Below are positions 29,722-42,101 of a stretch of DNA of 64,000 bases, piece by piece (within the stretch, counting starts at the first letter, position 1; each line of letters begins with the position of its first letter). Both the position numbers and the translations under genes were made by a program. The notes under the pieces are model-generated. The model saw only the letters and a program-made list of their open reading frames with translations. It made no database searches and was not told the DNA's origin. This DNA comes from an uncultured Verrucomicrobiae bacterium (GTDB lineage Bacteria > Verrucomicrobiota > Verrucomicrobiia > Chthoniobacterales > JAFAMB01). The stretch covers positions 516,357 through 580,356 of the forward strand of contig CAWIPH010000001.1 of assembly GCA_963837955.1 (NCBI GenBank), in the 5' to 3' direction.

Positions 29722-31644
29722 ATGGCTAAAATTCTCGGAATTGACCTTGGTACCACTAATTCTTGTATGGCTGTCATGGAGGGTGGTGAACCGGTGGTTA
29801 TAGAAAACTCGGAAGGCGGTCGCACAACCCCTTCAGTTGTCGCCTTTACGAAAAGTGGAGAACGTCTGGTCGGACAAGCGGCCAAACGGCAAGCAGTTAC
29901 GAATGCGAAAAACACGGTTTTTTCGATCAAGCGCTTCATGGGCCGAAAATTCGATGAGGTGCAGGGGGAAGCGAAGCGAGTTCCGTACAAGATCGTGAAA
30001 GCCGCGAATGGCGACGCACATGTCGAAGTCGAAGTTGGCGGTGTCCGGAAGACGTTTTCGCCGCCGGAAATCTCGGCGATGATCTTAGGCAAAATCAAGA
30101 GTGACACGGAATCTAAGCTCGGAGAGACGATTACTCAGGCGGTAATTACTGTACCGGCCTACTTCAACGATTCGCAGCGCAACGCGACAAAAGATGCCGG
30201 AAAGATCGCTGGGCTGGAAGTCCTGCGCATCATCAACGAGCCGACCGCGGCCTCGCTGGCTTATGGCTTAGATAAGAAAAAGGATGAAGAGATCGCTGTC
30301 TACGACTTGGGTGGCGGCACCTTTGATATTTCGGTATTGGAAATCGGGGACGGTGTTTTCGAGGTTAAGGCGACCAATGGAGATACGCATCTCGGTGGTG
30401 ACGACTGGGACAACAAGATCATGGATTGGATTATCTCGGAGTTTCGGGCTGAGACCGGGATTGATCTAAGCACCCAGGCAGATGCGCTTCAGCGGATCAA
30501 AGAAGAGGCAGAAAAAGCGAAGATTGCACTTTCCTCATCTCAGGAATACGAAATCAATCTTCCGTTCATTACGGCGGATGCCACTGGACCGAAGCACATC
30601 CAGAAGAAGCTCACTCGGGCGAAGCTCGAACAGCTAACCGACGATCTGTTCCAAAGGACGATTCCTCCGGTAAAGGCTTGCTTGGCCGACGCGAAGCTCA
30701 CGGAGAACGATATCGACGAATTGGTTTTGGTGGGCGGAATGACTCGGATGCCGAAAGTGGTCGAGACTGCGCGACGTCTCATTGGCAAAGAACCGCACAA
30801 GGGTGTTAACCCTGACGAAGTCGTTGCTATCGGCGCCGCTATTCAGGGAGGCGTGCTCCGGGGCGATGTGAAAGACGTTCTTTTGTTGGACGTCACACCC
30901 CTCACGCTCGCTATCGAGACTGCGGGCGGAATCGCTACACCGATGATCCCGCGGAATACAACCATTCCGACTCGCAAATCACAGATCTTCTCGACCTATA
31001 GCGACAGCCAGCCAGGGGTGGAAATCAAGGTGCTTCAGGGTGAGCGTCCGATGTCTCGAGACAACAAGAACTTGGGCACGTTTCATCTGGACGGCATCCC
31101 GCCGGCCCCACGTGGAGTTCCGCAGATCGAAGTGACTTTTGATATCGATGCTAATGGCATCTTGAATGTCTCCGCTAAAGATCTTGGCACCGGAAAGGAA
31201 CAGAAGATTTCGATCACCGGTTCGAGCGGTTTGACGAAGGAGGAAGTCGAAAAGCTGCGCCAGGATGCGGAAGCGCACGCCGAAGAAGATCGCAAAGCTC
31301 GCGAATCGGTGGAGGTCCGCAACAACGCCGACAACCTGGCGTATCAATCAGAGAAACAGCTACGGGAACTCGGAGATAAGATTCCGGCCGACCAAAAGCA
31401 AGCCCTGGAAGAGGCTATCAAGAAAGTCCGCGATAGCCTGGCGGGTCAAGATACTGAGGCGATCAAATTGGCGATGGATGAGCTCCAGAGCCGCTTCCAG
31501 TCAATCAGCGCAGATCTGTACAAGCAGGCTTCTGCAGGCCAGGCGACGCCTCCACCAGAGTCCGGCGGCGATGCCGGCAAGGGTGAAGAAAAAGTGGTCG
31601 ACGCTGATTTTGAAGTAGTCGACGAGGACAAGAAGAAGTCCTAA
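29722..31644 (+). CDS. dnaK: Chaperone DnaK
   Basis: [25 protein letters not shown]. Confidence 0.99.
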   Translation: MAKILGIDLGTTNSCMAVMEGGEPVVIENSEGGRTTPSVVAFTKSGERLVGQAAKRQAVTNAKNTVFSIKRFMGRKFDEVQGEAKRVPYKIVKAANGDAHVEVEVGGVRKTFSPPEISAMILGKIKSDTESKLGETITQAVITVPAYFNDSQRNATKDAGKIAGLEVLRIINEPTAASLAYGLDKKKDEEIAVYDLGGGTFDISVLEIGDGVFEVKATNGDTHLGGDDWDNKIMDWIISEFRAETGIDLSTQADALQRIKEEAEKAKIALSSSQEYEINLPFITADATGPKHIQKKLTRAKLEQLTDDLFQRTIPPVKACLADAKLTENDIDELVLVGGMTRMPKVVETARRLIGKEPHKGVNPDEVVAIGAAIQGGVLRGDVKDVLLLDVTPLTLAIETAGGIATPMIPRNTTIPTRKSQIFSTYSDSQPGVEIKVLQGERPMSRDNKNLGTFHLDGIPPAPRGVPQIEVTFDIDANGILNVSAKDLGTGKEQKISITGSSGLTKEEVEKLRQDAEAHAEEDRKARESVEVRNNADNLAYQSEKQLRELGDKIPADQKQALEEAIKKVRDSLAGQDTEAIKLAMDELQSRFQSISADLYKQASAGQATPPPESGGDAGKGEEKVVDADFEVVDEDKKKS

Positions 31645-31737
31645 GAAAAAAAGAATTTCCAGTAGGGCGAGCGGTTTGATCCTTCGCTGCTGCCCTATTG
31701 GTGTCATCAACCCAAAGCAAAAGGAGGACAAATTAAT

Positions 31738-32031
31738 ATGGCTATAAATGTAAAACCTCTCGGAGATCGGGTGCTAGTCCAGCCGCTCGAAGAGAAGGAA
31801 GTAAAAAAGGGAGGCATCATCATTCCTGATACGGCTAAAGAAAAGCCGCAGGAAGGAACAGTTGTTGCCCTGGGAACAGGTAAACTCGACGACAACGGCA
31901 AAAAGGTCGAGTTCAACGTCAAGGTTGGCGATAAGGTGCTGATATCCAAATACGGCGGCACCGAGATCAAGATTGACGGGGAGAACTACCTTATCATGCG
32001 CGAGGATGACATCCTCGGAGTCATTGGTTAA
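31738..32031 (+). CDS. groES: Co-chaperonin GroES
   Basis: [22 protein letters not shown]. Confidence 0.99.
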   Translation: MAINVKPLGDRVLVQPLEEKEVKKGGIIIPDTAKEKPQEGTVVALGTGKLDDNGKKVEFNVKVGDKVLISKYGGTEIKIDGENYLIMREDDILGVIG

Positions 32032-32057
32032 CACGAACCTTAAGAAAGAATTAATGA

Positions 32058-33701
<1,644 letters not shown>

Positions 33702-33730
33702 TCCGTCTCATTCGAAGCAAAATAACATTC

Positions 33731-33771
33731 AAAAAACCCGTCCCGCATTGCCGGGGCGGGTTTTTTATTTT
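33731..33771 (+). terminator. Intrinsic terminator after groEL (potentially bidirectional)
   Basis: AAAAAACCCGTCCCG-loop-CGGGGCGGGTTTTTT. Confidence 0.85.
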
Positions 33772-34140
33772 GTCGGTAGGGACCGGCTCCCGAATTCGCA
33801 AAGCCTTCCTCCTTCGCTGAAACGAGTCAACCTTAAGGCTTAGAAGCATGCGCCGAAGACTCGTCCCGGAGGGACTCAATGAAAGTAGCCCAGCACGAAG
33901 TGCTGGGTTGGCGTTCAAAAAAAGACCCGTCCCGGATGGGACGATCGAGGACTGCTTACGCTGGTGAAGCTGCATACGAGAGGACCAGGAGCTAAAGAAA
34001 CTTCTATCGTCCCTCTGGCGGGACGGACGTCTCTTTTCACATTTTTCCCAGCACTTCGTACTGGGCTACTTTCATTGAGTCCCTCCGGGACGAGTCTTCA
34101 GCGAAGCGTTTCGCGTAGTCGGGAGCGCTTCCCTACCGAC
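33772..34140. repeat. REPIN-like family B element (33855-34099) nested within a GTAG-type inverted pair
   Basis: 53-bp arms 33855-33907 / 34047-34099 with 1 mismatch; outer arms 33772-33793 / 34119-34140 match 19/22. Confidence 0.88.
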
Positions 34141-34179
34141 CATGGATGTGGCCGACGTCTGCAGGACCCTACCGGCGCC

Positions 34180-34878
34180 TCACTCTTGGGCCAATTGATT
34201 TCCGGGATGCCGGATGTCCCGCGCTTCGGCGATATAAATCACATCGTCCGCGATACTTCCACAGAGATAAGCGATTTCTTCCAACGATTGGGCGATCGAC
34301 ATCAAGCCGACGTAGCCGCGAGAAGCAAACGATCGCTCTTCAATTAGATCGGTAAATGTCTCGACATAATTACGCGCCTGCTCGGCTATTGCCTCGACTT
34401 GACCCCGCACCCATCCCGCGCGAGCAACGTCAATCTTATCGAAGGAAGCGATGGCCTCAGCGTAAAGTTTTTGGATAGAATCAAATAGCCCGTCGAGCAA
34501 TTTGGCTTCTTCGATCTCTGCATCATTCGCGATCAGGTGCCGGGTGCGACGGGCGATCGAAACGGAGTAATCAGAAATGCGTTCCAAATGAGAACCAAGC
34601 TTGACCGTCACCAGCACCGTTCGGAGATCGACAACCATCGGCTGAAACCGCATCAAGACGTCAGTACCAGCCCGGGCCACCTGTTTCTCCAAGAGGTCGA
34701 CTTCCTCATCGTCAGCTATCACCGCTGCACAGAAATCCTCGTCGCGCTTAGCGAATCCGGCGCGGGCATTTCCGAAATTTCTGCTGACCAGGTTCGCCAT
34801 CAACAGCACGTCAGCTTTGACCGATTCCAACGCTTGGTCAAAGCCGGGCAAGAAATGCTTTCCTTCCGTCTGCGGCAT
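34180..34878 (-). CDS. phoU: Phosphate signalling protein PhoU
   Basis: DEEVDLLE, QPMVVDLR, LERISD, two-repeat structure, ARDIRH. Confidence 0.85.
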   Translation of the reverse strand: MPQTEGKHFLPGFDQALESVKADVLLMANLVSRNFGNARAGFAKRDEDFCAAVIADDEEVDLLEKQVARAGTDVLMRFQPMVVDLRTVLVTVKLGSHLERISDYSVSIARRTRHLIANDAEIEEAKLLDGLFDSIQKLYAEAIASFDKIDVARAGWVRGQVEAIAEQARNYVETFTDLIEERSFASRGYVGLMSIAQSLEEIAYLCGSIADDVIYIAEARDIRHPGNQLAQE

Positions 34879-35016
34879 AGCGTCCAAGCTATCGACGGAT
34901 GGTACCCTCGTAAACTTGAAAGCAACTAAATCGAAGTAATTATGGAATCTCAATAAGCAGCTATGCCCCAGCCCCAATCGTGCTCGTAGCGTTCTGCGCC
35001 GTTGGGAGCGACGCGC

Positions 35017-37299
35017 CTACTTGCCTGGCGGTTCCTCAATCCAATTGCGGAAGGCCTCAATTTTCTTGCGCGTCCCAATCACCAAGAGCCAGTCACCGCT
35101 TTCGATCGTCTGGGAAGCGCTCGGAGAAACATATTTCTGCCCATCCCGGCCGATGGCGGCGATAGTCACTCCAAAACGGCGCGTGACATCCAGCTGCGCA
35201 AGAGTCTGGCCACTTGCCTGACTCGGGTTTGGCACACACACTGATTCCATTCGGACCTCCTCAAGGAGATCCTCTTTTTTGCTCCTGACCTCGGCGGTTT
35301 CAAAGAACCGCCGCAACTCGCGCAACTGATCTTCCGACCCAAGAACCAGAAGCGTGTCCCCTGGAAATAGCAGTGTCTCTGCTCCGGGGCTAGAGAGGAC
35401 ATAGCCTTGGCGTTCGATGCCTACAACGGAGCAGCCGAAGCGGCTTCTTAACGCGAGCTCTCCCAGACTTCGGCCAAACCAGTGCTCAGAGTCCGGGACT
35501 TTGATCTCTTGGAGATGCAAATCCCAGTCGCGATAATCACTTAACCACGCTCGCCGGGTAATCCTCCGTCGCTCTTCCGGGGAAAGAATCGCTTCGCTCA
35601 ACCCGCTACCGATCCTTTGCTGGAGCCGTTGCAGCCTCTGCCGGAAGATCAGCGCAAGAGGGACACCGATGGTCAACGCCGCTCCAAAGAACCAAAAAGT
35701 TGCGCGGCTTACAGGCGTCAGGATCCAGAGCCAGGCGACTAGGACGATTGCCATCACGATTTGCATCGAAGCCTGGAGAAAAGTGCGGGACCGCTGATCG
35801 CCATCATCGGAGTTTCGAGTGCCACTAATTAAGCCGACAAACTCGTGGGCGCTCCGCCAAACGACGGCAAGCGGTACTAAGACAACAATCCCAAGGATCG
35901 CCCAAAAGAGATCGTGTGCGAGCTCGGTAGATAGCCGAGGAAACAATCGTGCCCACCATTTCAAAAGCTGGTCCGCGAAGATCAGAAGACCGCTAGTGAA
36001 AGTTAACCCAATCACCAGGGGGGCTAACCTTTTTTGGACCAGGCTAATGATTTCGCTCCTCCGCTGTTTTTCCCCGGCCTGCTGGAGGAACTGGTGATAG
36101 CTCGCGATGAGATTGGAAACAAAGTGTGGCTCGAGGGAAAGAATAGCCTTGGCAATCACGTCAGAGTTGCGGGTGAAAATGGGTGAAACCGTCGCCGTGA
36201 ACGTCGCGACACCGATAGCGATCGGGTAAAAGTCAGGGACGAGTAACTTGGAGGAGACCCCGACTTGCGCGATAATGAAGGCAAATTCACCGATCGGTAT
36301 AGCCATCAATCCTGCCCGCAACGACTCGCGTTGCGGATTGCCGGCGACGATCAGACCGGTGGTCACTGCGAGCGAGCGGATCACAACAGCTGCGATCCCC
36401 AAGCAAACGATCAACCACCAATTCCTGAGCAGAACCGATGGGTCGATCAATAAGCCGATTGACACAAAAAAAACGGCGAGAAAGACATCACGCATTCCTT
36501 GAAAGGCCCGTTCGATGGCCGGTCGCTGAGGGGTTTCAGCGATGATAGCTCCGAGCAAGAACGCCCCGAGAGCCAATGAGTAACCGGTGCGAACGGCAAT
36601 GATTCCGACCTCAAGCGCTAACCCTGTGATGAAGAGCATCACGAGGTCCAGACCAGCTTTCGACAGCAGTTGCAGTGCTTTCGGTAAGAGGAGCAGTCCC
36701 AAAATAACGACGATGGTTACGAAAGCCACCAAGGTACCTAGGATCGCAGCCGGTCGAGCCTGTGGTCCGGCATGCATATTCGCAAGAGACGAAACAAATG
36801 TCAGGACAACGACGGCAACAATGTCCTCGAGCACACTGATACTCATCGCCAGATTTCCGGATCGCTGATGGAGCAGACCAGAATCGTGCAGCATCTTTCC
36901 GATCATCGCCGAGCTCGATGCTACCATCATGCTGGCGACAAAAATCGGTTCTCGACCGCTCATCCCAAGAACAGGGGTCAGAAAGCGGAACGCGTTAAAG
37001 ACCAGCGTGGCGGAGACGACTACCGCTACGGCGACGCCCAGCCCGAACCGTCGCATTTTGCTAATGCTCAAATCCAAGCCGATCGAGAACATCAAAAAGG
37101 CCAGTCCAAGCTGGGAAAGGTTCTCGATGGCGTTTGGATCCGTAACCAAGCCAAATCGCGATGCGTGTGGACTTACCAGAAGACCGGCGACCAAAAAGCC
37201 CACGATGTTTGACAAGCCGATCCGCTGGAAGACAAAGCCAACCAGACCAGCGATCACTAGCACAATTGCGAGATCCTGGACGAGTGCGTATCCGCTCAT
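35017..37299 (-). CDS. CPA2 cation:proton antiporter with two C-terminal TrkA-C (RCK_C) domains
   Basis: LMFSIGLD, LGAFLLG, FFVSIG, IGEFAFII; two LxLRxRFGxxxVxIxR domains. Confidence 0.9.
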   Translation of the reverse strand: MSGYALVQDLAIVLVIAGLVGFVFQRIGLSNIVGFLVAGLLVSPHASRFGLVTDPNAIENLSQLGLAFLMFSIGLDLSISKMRRFGLGVAVAVVVSATLVFNAFRFLTPVLGMSGREPIFVASMMVASSSAMIGKMLHDSGLLHQRSGNLAMSISVLEDIVAVVVLTFVSSLANMHAGPQARPAAILGTLVAFVTIVVILGLLLLPKALQLLSKAGLDLVMLFITGLALEVGIIAVRTGYSLALGAFLLGAIIAETPQRPAIERAFQGMRDVFLAVFFVSIGLLIDPSVLLRNWWLIVCLGIAAVVIRSLAVTTGLIVAGNPQRESLRAGLMAIPIGEFAFIIAQVGVSSKLLVPDFYPIAIGVATFTATVSPIFTRNSDVIAKAILSLEPHFVSNLIASYHQFLQQAGEKQRRSEIISLVQKRLAPLVIGLTFTSGLLIFADQLLKWWARLFPRLSTELAHDLFWAILGIVVLVPLAVVWRSAHEFVGLISGTRNSDDGDQRSRTFLQASMQIVMAIVLVAWLWILTPVSRATFWFFGAALTIGVPLALIFRQRLQRLQQRIGSGLSEAILSPEERRRITRRAWLSDYRDWDLHLQEIKVPDSEHWFGRSLGELALRSRFGCSVVGIERQGYVLSSPGAETLLFPGDTLLVLGSEDQLRELRRFFETAEVRSKKEDLLEEVRMESVCVPNPSQASGQTLAQLDVTRRFGVTIAAIGRDGQKYVSPSASQTIESGDWLLVIGTRKKIEAFRNWIEEPPGK

Positions 37300-38342
37300 C
37301 GTGTCGAGGAATATGGATCGCTGATGAATCCCCTGACCAGCAAATCATTGTCGAGCCGTTCGAACTTTGTCTCGTTCAACAAAATCGCTGCTTCGTTACT
37401 GGTAACACCAGATCCTCCAAAACTCGCTTTGTCGCCGCCCGTTAACAATGGCGCGAAAAAGGACCAAAGCTCGTCAATTCGATGTTCGTCGAAGAGCTGG
37501 CCAAGGACCTCCCCGCCTCCTTCAACCAGAAGGCGGGTTACGCCGCGCTCTCCGAGATCACCTAAAATCTCGTCCCAGGATCGACTTCGAAAGACGATCG
37601 TTCGATCGCGATAGACATCAGTAAAAACGCGTGCGGAAGGAGGCAGGTTGCCGGAACGCGTCACAACAACCCGCCAAGGCTGGTGGGCTCCTCGGATGTT
37701 TCTCACGGTGAGCAGCGGGTTATCGCGTCGGATGGTTTCCGCGCCGACCAAGATAGCGTCAACCGTTGAGCGCAATTGGTGCACTCGGCGCCGAGCGTGC
37801 TCCCCGGTTAACCATTTGCTCTCGTTGGGCGGACGAGTAATGCGGCCATCCAACGATTGAGCAATCTTGGCGATCACCCAAGGACGCTTCGTTACGATCC
37901 AGCGATTGAAACCGACGTTGAGCGCAAGACACGCTCTCTCCATGACGCCGGCTGTGACTGATATCCCTGCTTCGCGCAAACGCTGCAATCCCCGGCCCTG
38001 GTGTCTCGGGTTCGGATCGATTCCACCCACCACAACTCGGCGGATTCCCGATCGAATAATCGCCTCCGTGCACGGTGGAGTTCGTCCACTCGTTGAACAC
38101 GGTTCCAACGTGACGTAGAGCGTGGCGCCATCAGCATGATGTTTGGCGGACAACCGGCATATTGCCTCAATCTCGGCATGCGGTCGACCGGCTCTGCGGT
38201 GATAGCCCCGAGCCAACAATCGGCCATCTTTGACAATCGCGGCTCCGACCGCCGGATTTGGGCTGGTACGGCCCAATCCTTTGCGTGCCTCGATTAACGC
38301 CAGCCGCATCCAACCTTCGTCACTCCTGGCTTCCGGATTCAT
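37296..38342 (-). CDS. ribD: Riboflavin biosynthesis deaminase/reductase RibD
   Basis: SPNPAVG, HAE, TLEPC..TPPC, SLDG, LLVEGGG. Confidence 0.96.
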   Translation of the reverse strand: MNPEARSDEGWMRLALIEARKGLGRTSPNPAVGAAIVKDGRLLARGYHRRAGRPHAEIEAICRLSAKHHADGATLYVTLEPCSTSGRTPPCTEAIIRSGIRRVVVGGIDPNPRHQGRGLQRLREAGISVTAGVMERACLALNVGFNRWIVTKRPWVIAKIAQSLDGRITRPPNESKWLTGEHARRRVHQLRSTVDAILVGAETIRRDNPLLTVRNIRGAHQPWRVVVTRSGNLPPSARVFTDVYRDRTIVFRSRSWDEILGDLGERGVTRLLVEGGGEVLGQLFDEHRIDELWSFFAPLLTGGDKASFGGSGVTSNEAAILLNETKFERLDNDLLVRGFISDPYSSTR

Positions 38343-38366
38343 GGCGAATGAGGATCTCTTGCGGCT

Positions 38367-39866
38367 TCACAATTCGAAGAATTGCCGTAAACGCGCCAAG
38401 AAAGACTCCTTTGTTGCAACGTTCGGCGCGACGGGTTGACTTGTCCGGAACGCGGTGATTTCTGCCTCCGATACCGACCGTCTTTCGGCCAACGTTTCGC
38501 TTAAGGTCTCGGCCAGGCGCGGCTGTTGCAACAGGAGCGTACGCATCGCTGATTTTTCGATCTTTACCACCTCGCAATCCGATTCCGCAATTACCGTGGC
38601 CGTTCGAGGCTCGCCAGTCAGCAGTGAGATTTCGCCAAAACAATCGCCTTGTTCAAGTCGACCGACCCGCACGGGTTCGCCGTCATGTTCCACGCGCACT
38701 TCTGCAGAGCCGTCGGCCAGGATATACATCGATTTTCCCGGCTTCCCTTGTTCGATGATCTTTTCTCCTTTTCCAAAGCGCAAATGGATTGCTGATTTGC
38801 CCAACACTTGGAGTTCGCCCGCCTGCATGCCGGAGAAGAGCGGCTGACGCAACAGCAGGCTTGTCGCGTCTGTAGCCTCCTGAGCGGTTTCAGCTCGCGT
38901 TTTCATTTCTACTATGCGCACCGGAAATGCGAACGCGATATCCTGTCGATTTAGTTCGTACCAGATATTGGTGCGGAGACCGTCGATGATCTGCGGATAA
39001 CGGGTTCCGTCATCAAGCCAGAATTTCAGCTCGTAATTGATTCCCGAGTCGCCGAAATTCATTAAGAAGGCATACGGCTGTGGCTCCGTCAGAACGCCGG
39101 TGGCGCCGCTAGCAGCCTTTAGGAGAGCCTGCTTCACCGTATTTGGCGGAACTGCGTAGGGAACGGTCAGGCTCACGCGCATGGCGTGAACGCGCGTCGG
39201 TTGATAAAGGTTTACGATGGTCGCTTTAGCCAGTTGGTTATTTGGAATGTCAAAGGTGACGGCGTCATTGTTGCGGAGGCGGGTCGAACGCCAATGAATT
39301 TCCACGACTTCGGCGTGCTTGCCGTCTATGATCAACCAGTCTCCTACTCGATAAGCTTTGCCGGTTTGAAGGCCGAGTCCGGCAAAAATGTTTCCGAGGG
39401 TGTCTTGGAGTGCGAGACCGATGACAATGGCAATCAACCCGCTACTCGCCAGGAGACTCGGAACGGTGACCTGGTAAAAAACGCCCAGCGCAACGAAAAG
39501 TGCCGTGATCGTTACGATGATTGTGACAATTTGAGGTAAGAAGGAGGGAATCCGCGCGCGATCACCAGGATAACCGTACAGTGGCCAAACAAAGCGGTAG
39601 AGCAGCGCGTTAATCGGAAACGCCGCAGTAAAGGCAGCAATGAGGCCGATCGTGCGTGCTCCCGGCAGTTGGACATGAACCAGAAGCGCTGCACAGGAAA
39701 TCGCTAGCGAGAGGATGAAAATCTGGTAGGTCCAGCCCAGGTGAATATTCAAACGGCGCTTGCAGAGTCGCCCGATCAAAAGGCCGACTAAATAGATGCC
39801 AGCCGCTACTAGTACGAGCAGCAATTCGGGAGTGATCGCTGTCAGGAAGGAACGAATTTGCTGCAT
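38367..39866 (-). CDS. MscS family channel with C-terminal cNMP-binding domain
   Basis: GLALQDTLGNIFAG, GDW, PNN; FGEISLLTGEPRTATV. Confidence 0.92.
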   Translation of the reverse strand: MQQIRSFLTAITPELLLVLVAAGIYLVGLLIGRLCKRRLNIHLGWTYQIFILSLAISCAALLVHVQLPGARTIGLIAAFTAAFPINALLYRFVWPLYGYPGDRARIPSFLPQIVTIIVTITALFVALGVFYQVTVPSLLASSGLIAIVIGLALQDTLGNIFAGLGLQTGKAYRVGDWLIIDGKHAEVVEIHWRSTRLRNNDAVTFDIPNNQLAKATIVNLYQPTRVHAMRVSLTVPYAVPPNTVKQALLKAASGATGVLTEPQPYAFLMNFGDSGINYELKFWLDDGTRYPQIIDGLRTNIWYELNRQDIAFAFPVRIVEMKTRAETAQEATDATSLLLRQPLFSGMQAGELQVLGKSAIHLRFGKGEKIIEQGKPGKSMYILADGSAEVRVEHDGEPVRVGRLEQGDCFGEISLLTGEPRTATVIAESDCEVVKIEKSAMRTLLLQQPRLAETLSETLAERRSVSEAEITAFRTSQPVAPNVATKESFLARLRQFFEL

Positions 39867-39907
39867 CGATAGACCTCTTACAATCCACTAGCTGGACGAG
39901 AACCTAA

Positions 39908-41272
39908 ATGCGAACTCAAATCACCAAACCAATGCAGTCTGAGCCCATTATGGCGCTGTTGTCTCGGCTACCGATTTCGCCTTGGGTATTTCGAGATCCG
40001 CTCCAATTCTTTGAAGAGTTGCAAGTCGGCACCGAACCAATCGCGACGATGCGAATCGCTGGAGCGAAGGTATTTTACTTGCGAGAGCCCGAGCTCATCC
40101 GGGAGATGCTAGTAAGCTGCGCCTCCGATTTTCATAAAAGTAGGGGCTTAGAACGAGCGAGAGTACTCTTCGGCGAAGGCTTGCTCACAAGTGAGGATGA
40201 CCTTCATCGGCATCAACGGAAGCTAATCCAGCCGGTTTTTCATCACGGCAATCTAAAAGATGTCGCCGTGATTATGCGGGAGCGCGCTCGGCAACGCGCG
40301 GAGAATTGGACGGCCGGTCAGACAATAAACCTCAGTGAGGAAATGCACGCGCTTACTCTGGTAATCGTCGGGCAGGCGCTTTTCGGCACTGAAGTAGGTG
40401 AGCGGACCGGTCGTGTGTCTCAATTAATGGAGACGATCATGGAGACTTTCTTCTTGTTTCTGAGTCCGATGGCTCCGGTCTTCGAGTTCTTTGGTCATCC
40501 CAAGTTAAGACGCGCGGCCGCCTCTCGCCGCGAGTTGAGTGGAATTGTGCAGACGATGATCGACGAACGGCGCAAAGGGAAAATAACCCGCAACGACTTG
40601 CTGACCCTGCTCTTCGCTGCGCAGGATCCGGACACCGGAATTGGAATGTCTGACGCCCAAGTGCGGGATGAAGTGATGACGTTGTTTCTGGCTGGGCACG
40701 AAACCACTGCCAACGCCTTGGCCTGGACAATTTATTTGCTTACTCAGCATCCCGAGATAGCCGAACGGGTCGCCGCCGAAGTGCGTTCAGTAGGGTCCGC
40801 TGACGACGGTGAATTCAGATCGGCGTTCAAGGAGGATAGTTTGTTATTTCGAGTCATCCGCGAATCGCTGCGACTCTATCCACCGGCTTGGGCGGTTGGA
40901 CGACGAGCGACGAAGAATCTGGAGCTCGGCGGAACTAAGATACCGTCAGGCGCCATTGTCCTGGCTTGTCAGTGGGCCCTGCATCGCAGTGATCGATATT
41001 TTTCCAATCCGCTGAAATTTGATCCGGACCGTTGGACTCCAGAATTTCAGCGGACACTGCCTAAGTACGCTTTCTTCCCGTTTGGCGGTGGGCCGAGATC
41101 GTGCATTGGCGAGGGTTTCGCCTGGATGGAGCTCGGAATCGTCCTGTCTGAGATACTGCGTCGTTGGCGATTTGAATTGGTTTCGGAACACCCGGCAAAA
41201 ACTAAACCGTCAATTACCCTGCGTGCGGCAAAACCGATCCGAGTGATTGCGCACAGTCTCAATGGAATCTGA
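39908..41272 (+). CDS. Cytochrome P450
   Basis: AGHETTA, ESLRLYPP, FDPDRW, FGGGPRSCIG. Confidence 0.96.
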   Translation: MRTQITKPMQSEPIMALLSRLPISPWVFRDPLQFFEELQVGTEPIATMRIAGAKVFYLREPELIREMLVSCASDFHKSRGLERARVLFGEGLLTSEDDLHRHQRKLIQPVFHHGNLKDVAVIMRERARQRAENWTAGQTINLSEEMHALTLVIVGQALFGTEVGERTGRVSQLMETIMETFFLFLSPMAPVFEFFGHPKLRRAAASRRELSGIVQTMIDERRKGKITRNDLLTLLFAAQDPDTGIGMSDAQVRDEVMTLFLAGHETTANALAWTIYLLTQHPEIAERVAAEVRSVGSADDGEFRSAFKEDSLLFRVIRESLRLYPPAWAVGRRATKNLELGGTKIPSGAIVLACQWALHRSDRYFSNPLKFDPDRWTPEFQRTLPKYAFFPFGGGPRSCIGEGFAWMELGIVLSEILRRWRFELVSEHPAKTKPSITLRAAKPIRVIAHSLNGI

Positions 41273-41354
41273 TCGGCGGCCGACGAGAGTTCAGTTGTGC
41301 TTGTTCGCTTGATCATCGGCGTCCCAAGTTTTGGAGTAGACAGAAAAAATAAAG

Positions 41355-41786
41355 ATGAAGTCGGCAACTTATCATGGGGCAAAGATCAGCTGCCTGATCT
41401 TTGCGCTAATTGTGGGATCAATTCCGCTGACGCTGGCGGAGTTGCCACCAAGCGTGTACCAGCAGTGGCGCCAGGCAGCTCCGGAGTCGCTCGCCATCAA
41501 GGTGTTGTCGGTAAAACAAACGGTACAAAATGAGCCCAACGAAAAAAGAGTTCGGGTGGCGGTTCAGGCGCAGGTTCTAACCGTCGAGCGCTCGCAGTCG
41601 GGAATCAAGCCGGGAGCAATCATCACAATTAACTATGTGCATCATGAGTATGACCGAACATTGGCCGGACCTAGCCAAGTACCGATCCTAAGAGTTGGCC
41701 AGGAGTGCTCCGCCTACCTAAAAAAAGATGAGAATAGGGCAAGCTACTCTCCGGCTGCAGGAGGTCATAGTTTTGGAAATGATTGA
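41355..41786 (+). CDS. Hypothetical secreted protein
   Basis: Signal peptide, 143 aa. Confidence 0.65.
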   Translation: MKSATYHGAKISCLIFALIVGSIPLTLAELPPSVYQQWRQAAPESLAIKVLSVKQTVQNEPNEKRVRVAVQAQVLTVERSQSGIKPGAIITINYVHHEYDRTLAGPSQVPILRVGQECSAYLKKDENRASYSPAAGGHSFGND

Positions 41787-41788
41787 CT

Positions 41789-42101
41789 GTAGCCTGATCC
41801 TTCCTCCTTCGTTCCCCCAAACCCACAAACTACGGCGGACAAGCCTGGCTCAGGGGTACAGCGTGTGAGAGGTGCTCTCTGAGACTGGAGCATCAGGCTA
41901 CTTTGTTCAGAAATCTAAGGGCGGCAGCGCGTGAGAGGTGATAGGTGAGGAGCGATTGGTGGAGCCTCTCGGCAAATCCTCGGCAGAAATCTCTCACCGC
42001 CCTCTCACTAATCACTGATATGCTTTCTGAGGCTTGAGTATCAGACTACTCATTACTCACTAATCACCAATAGGGGAACGAAGGAGGGAGCACCAGGCTA
42101 C
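41789..42101. repeat. GTAG-terminated inverted-repeat element (REPIN-like, family C)
   Basis: 41789-41817 and 42073-42101 are inverted, 26/29 match; internal direct repeats. Confidence 0.7.
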
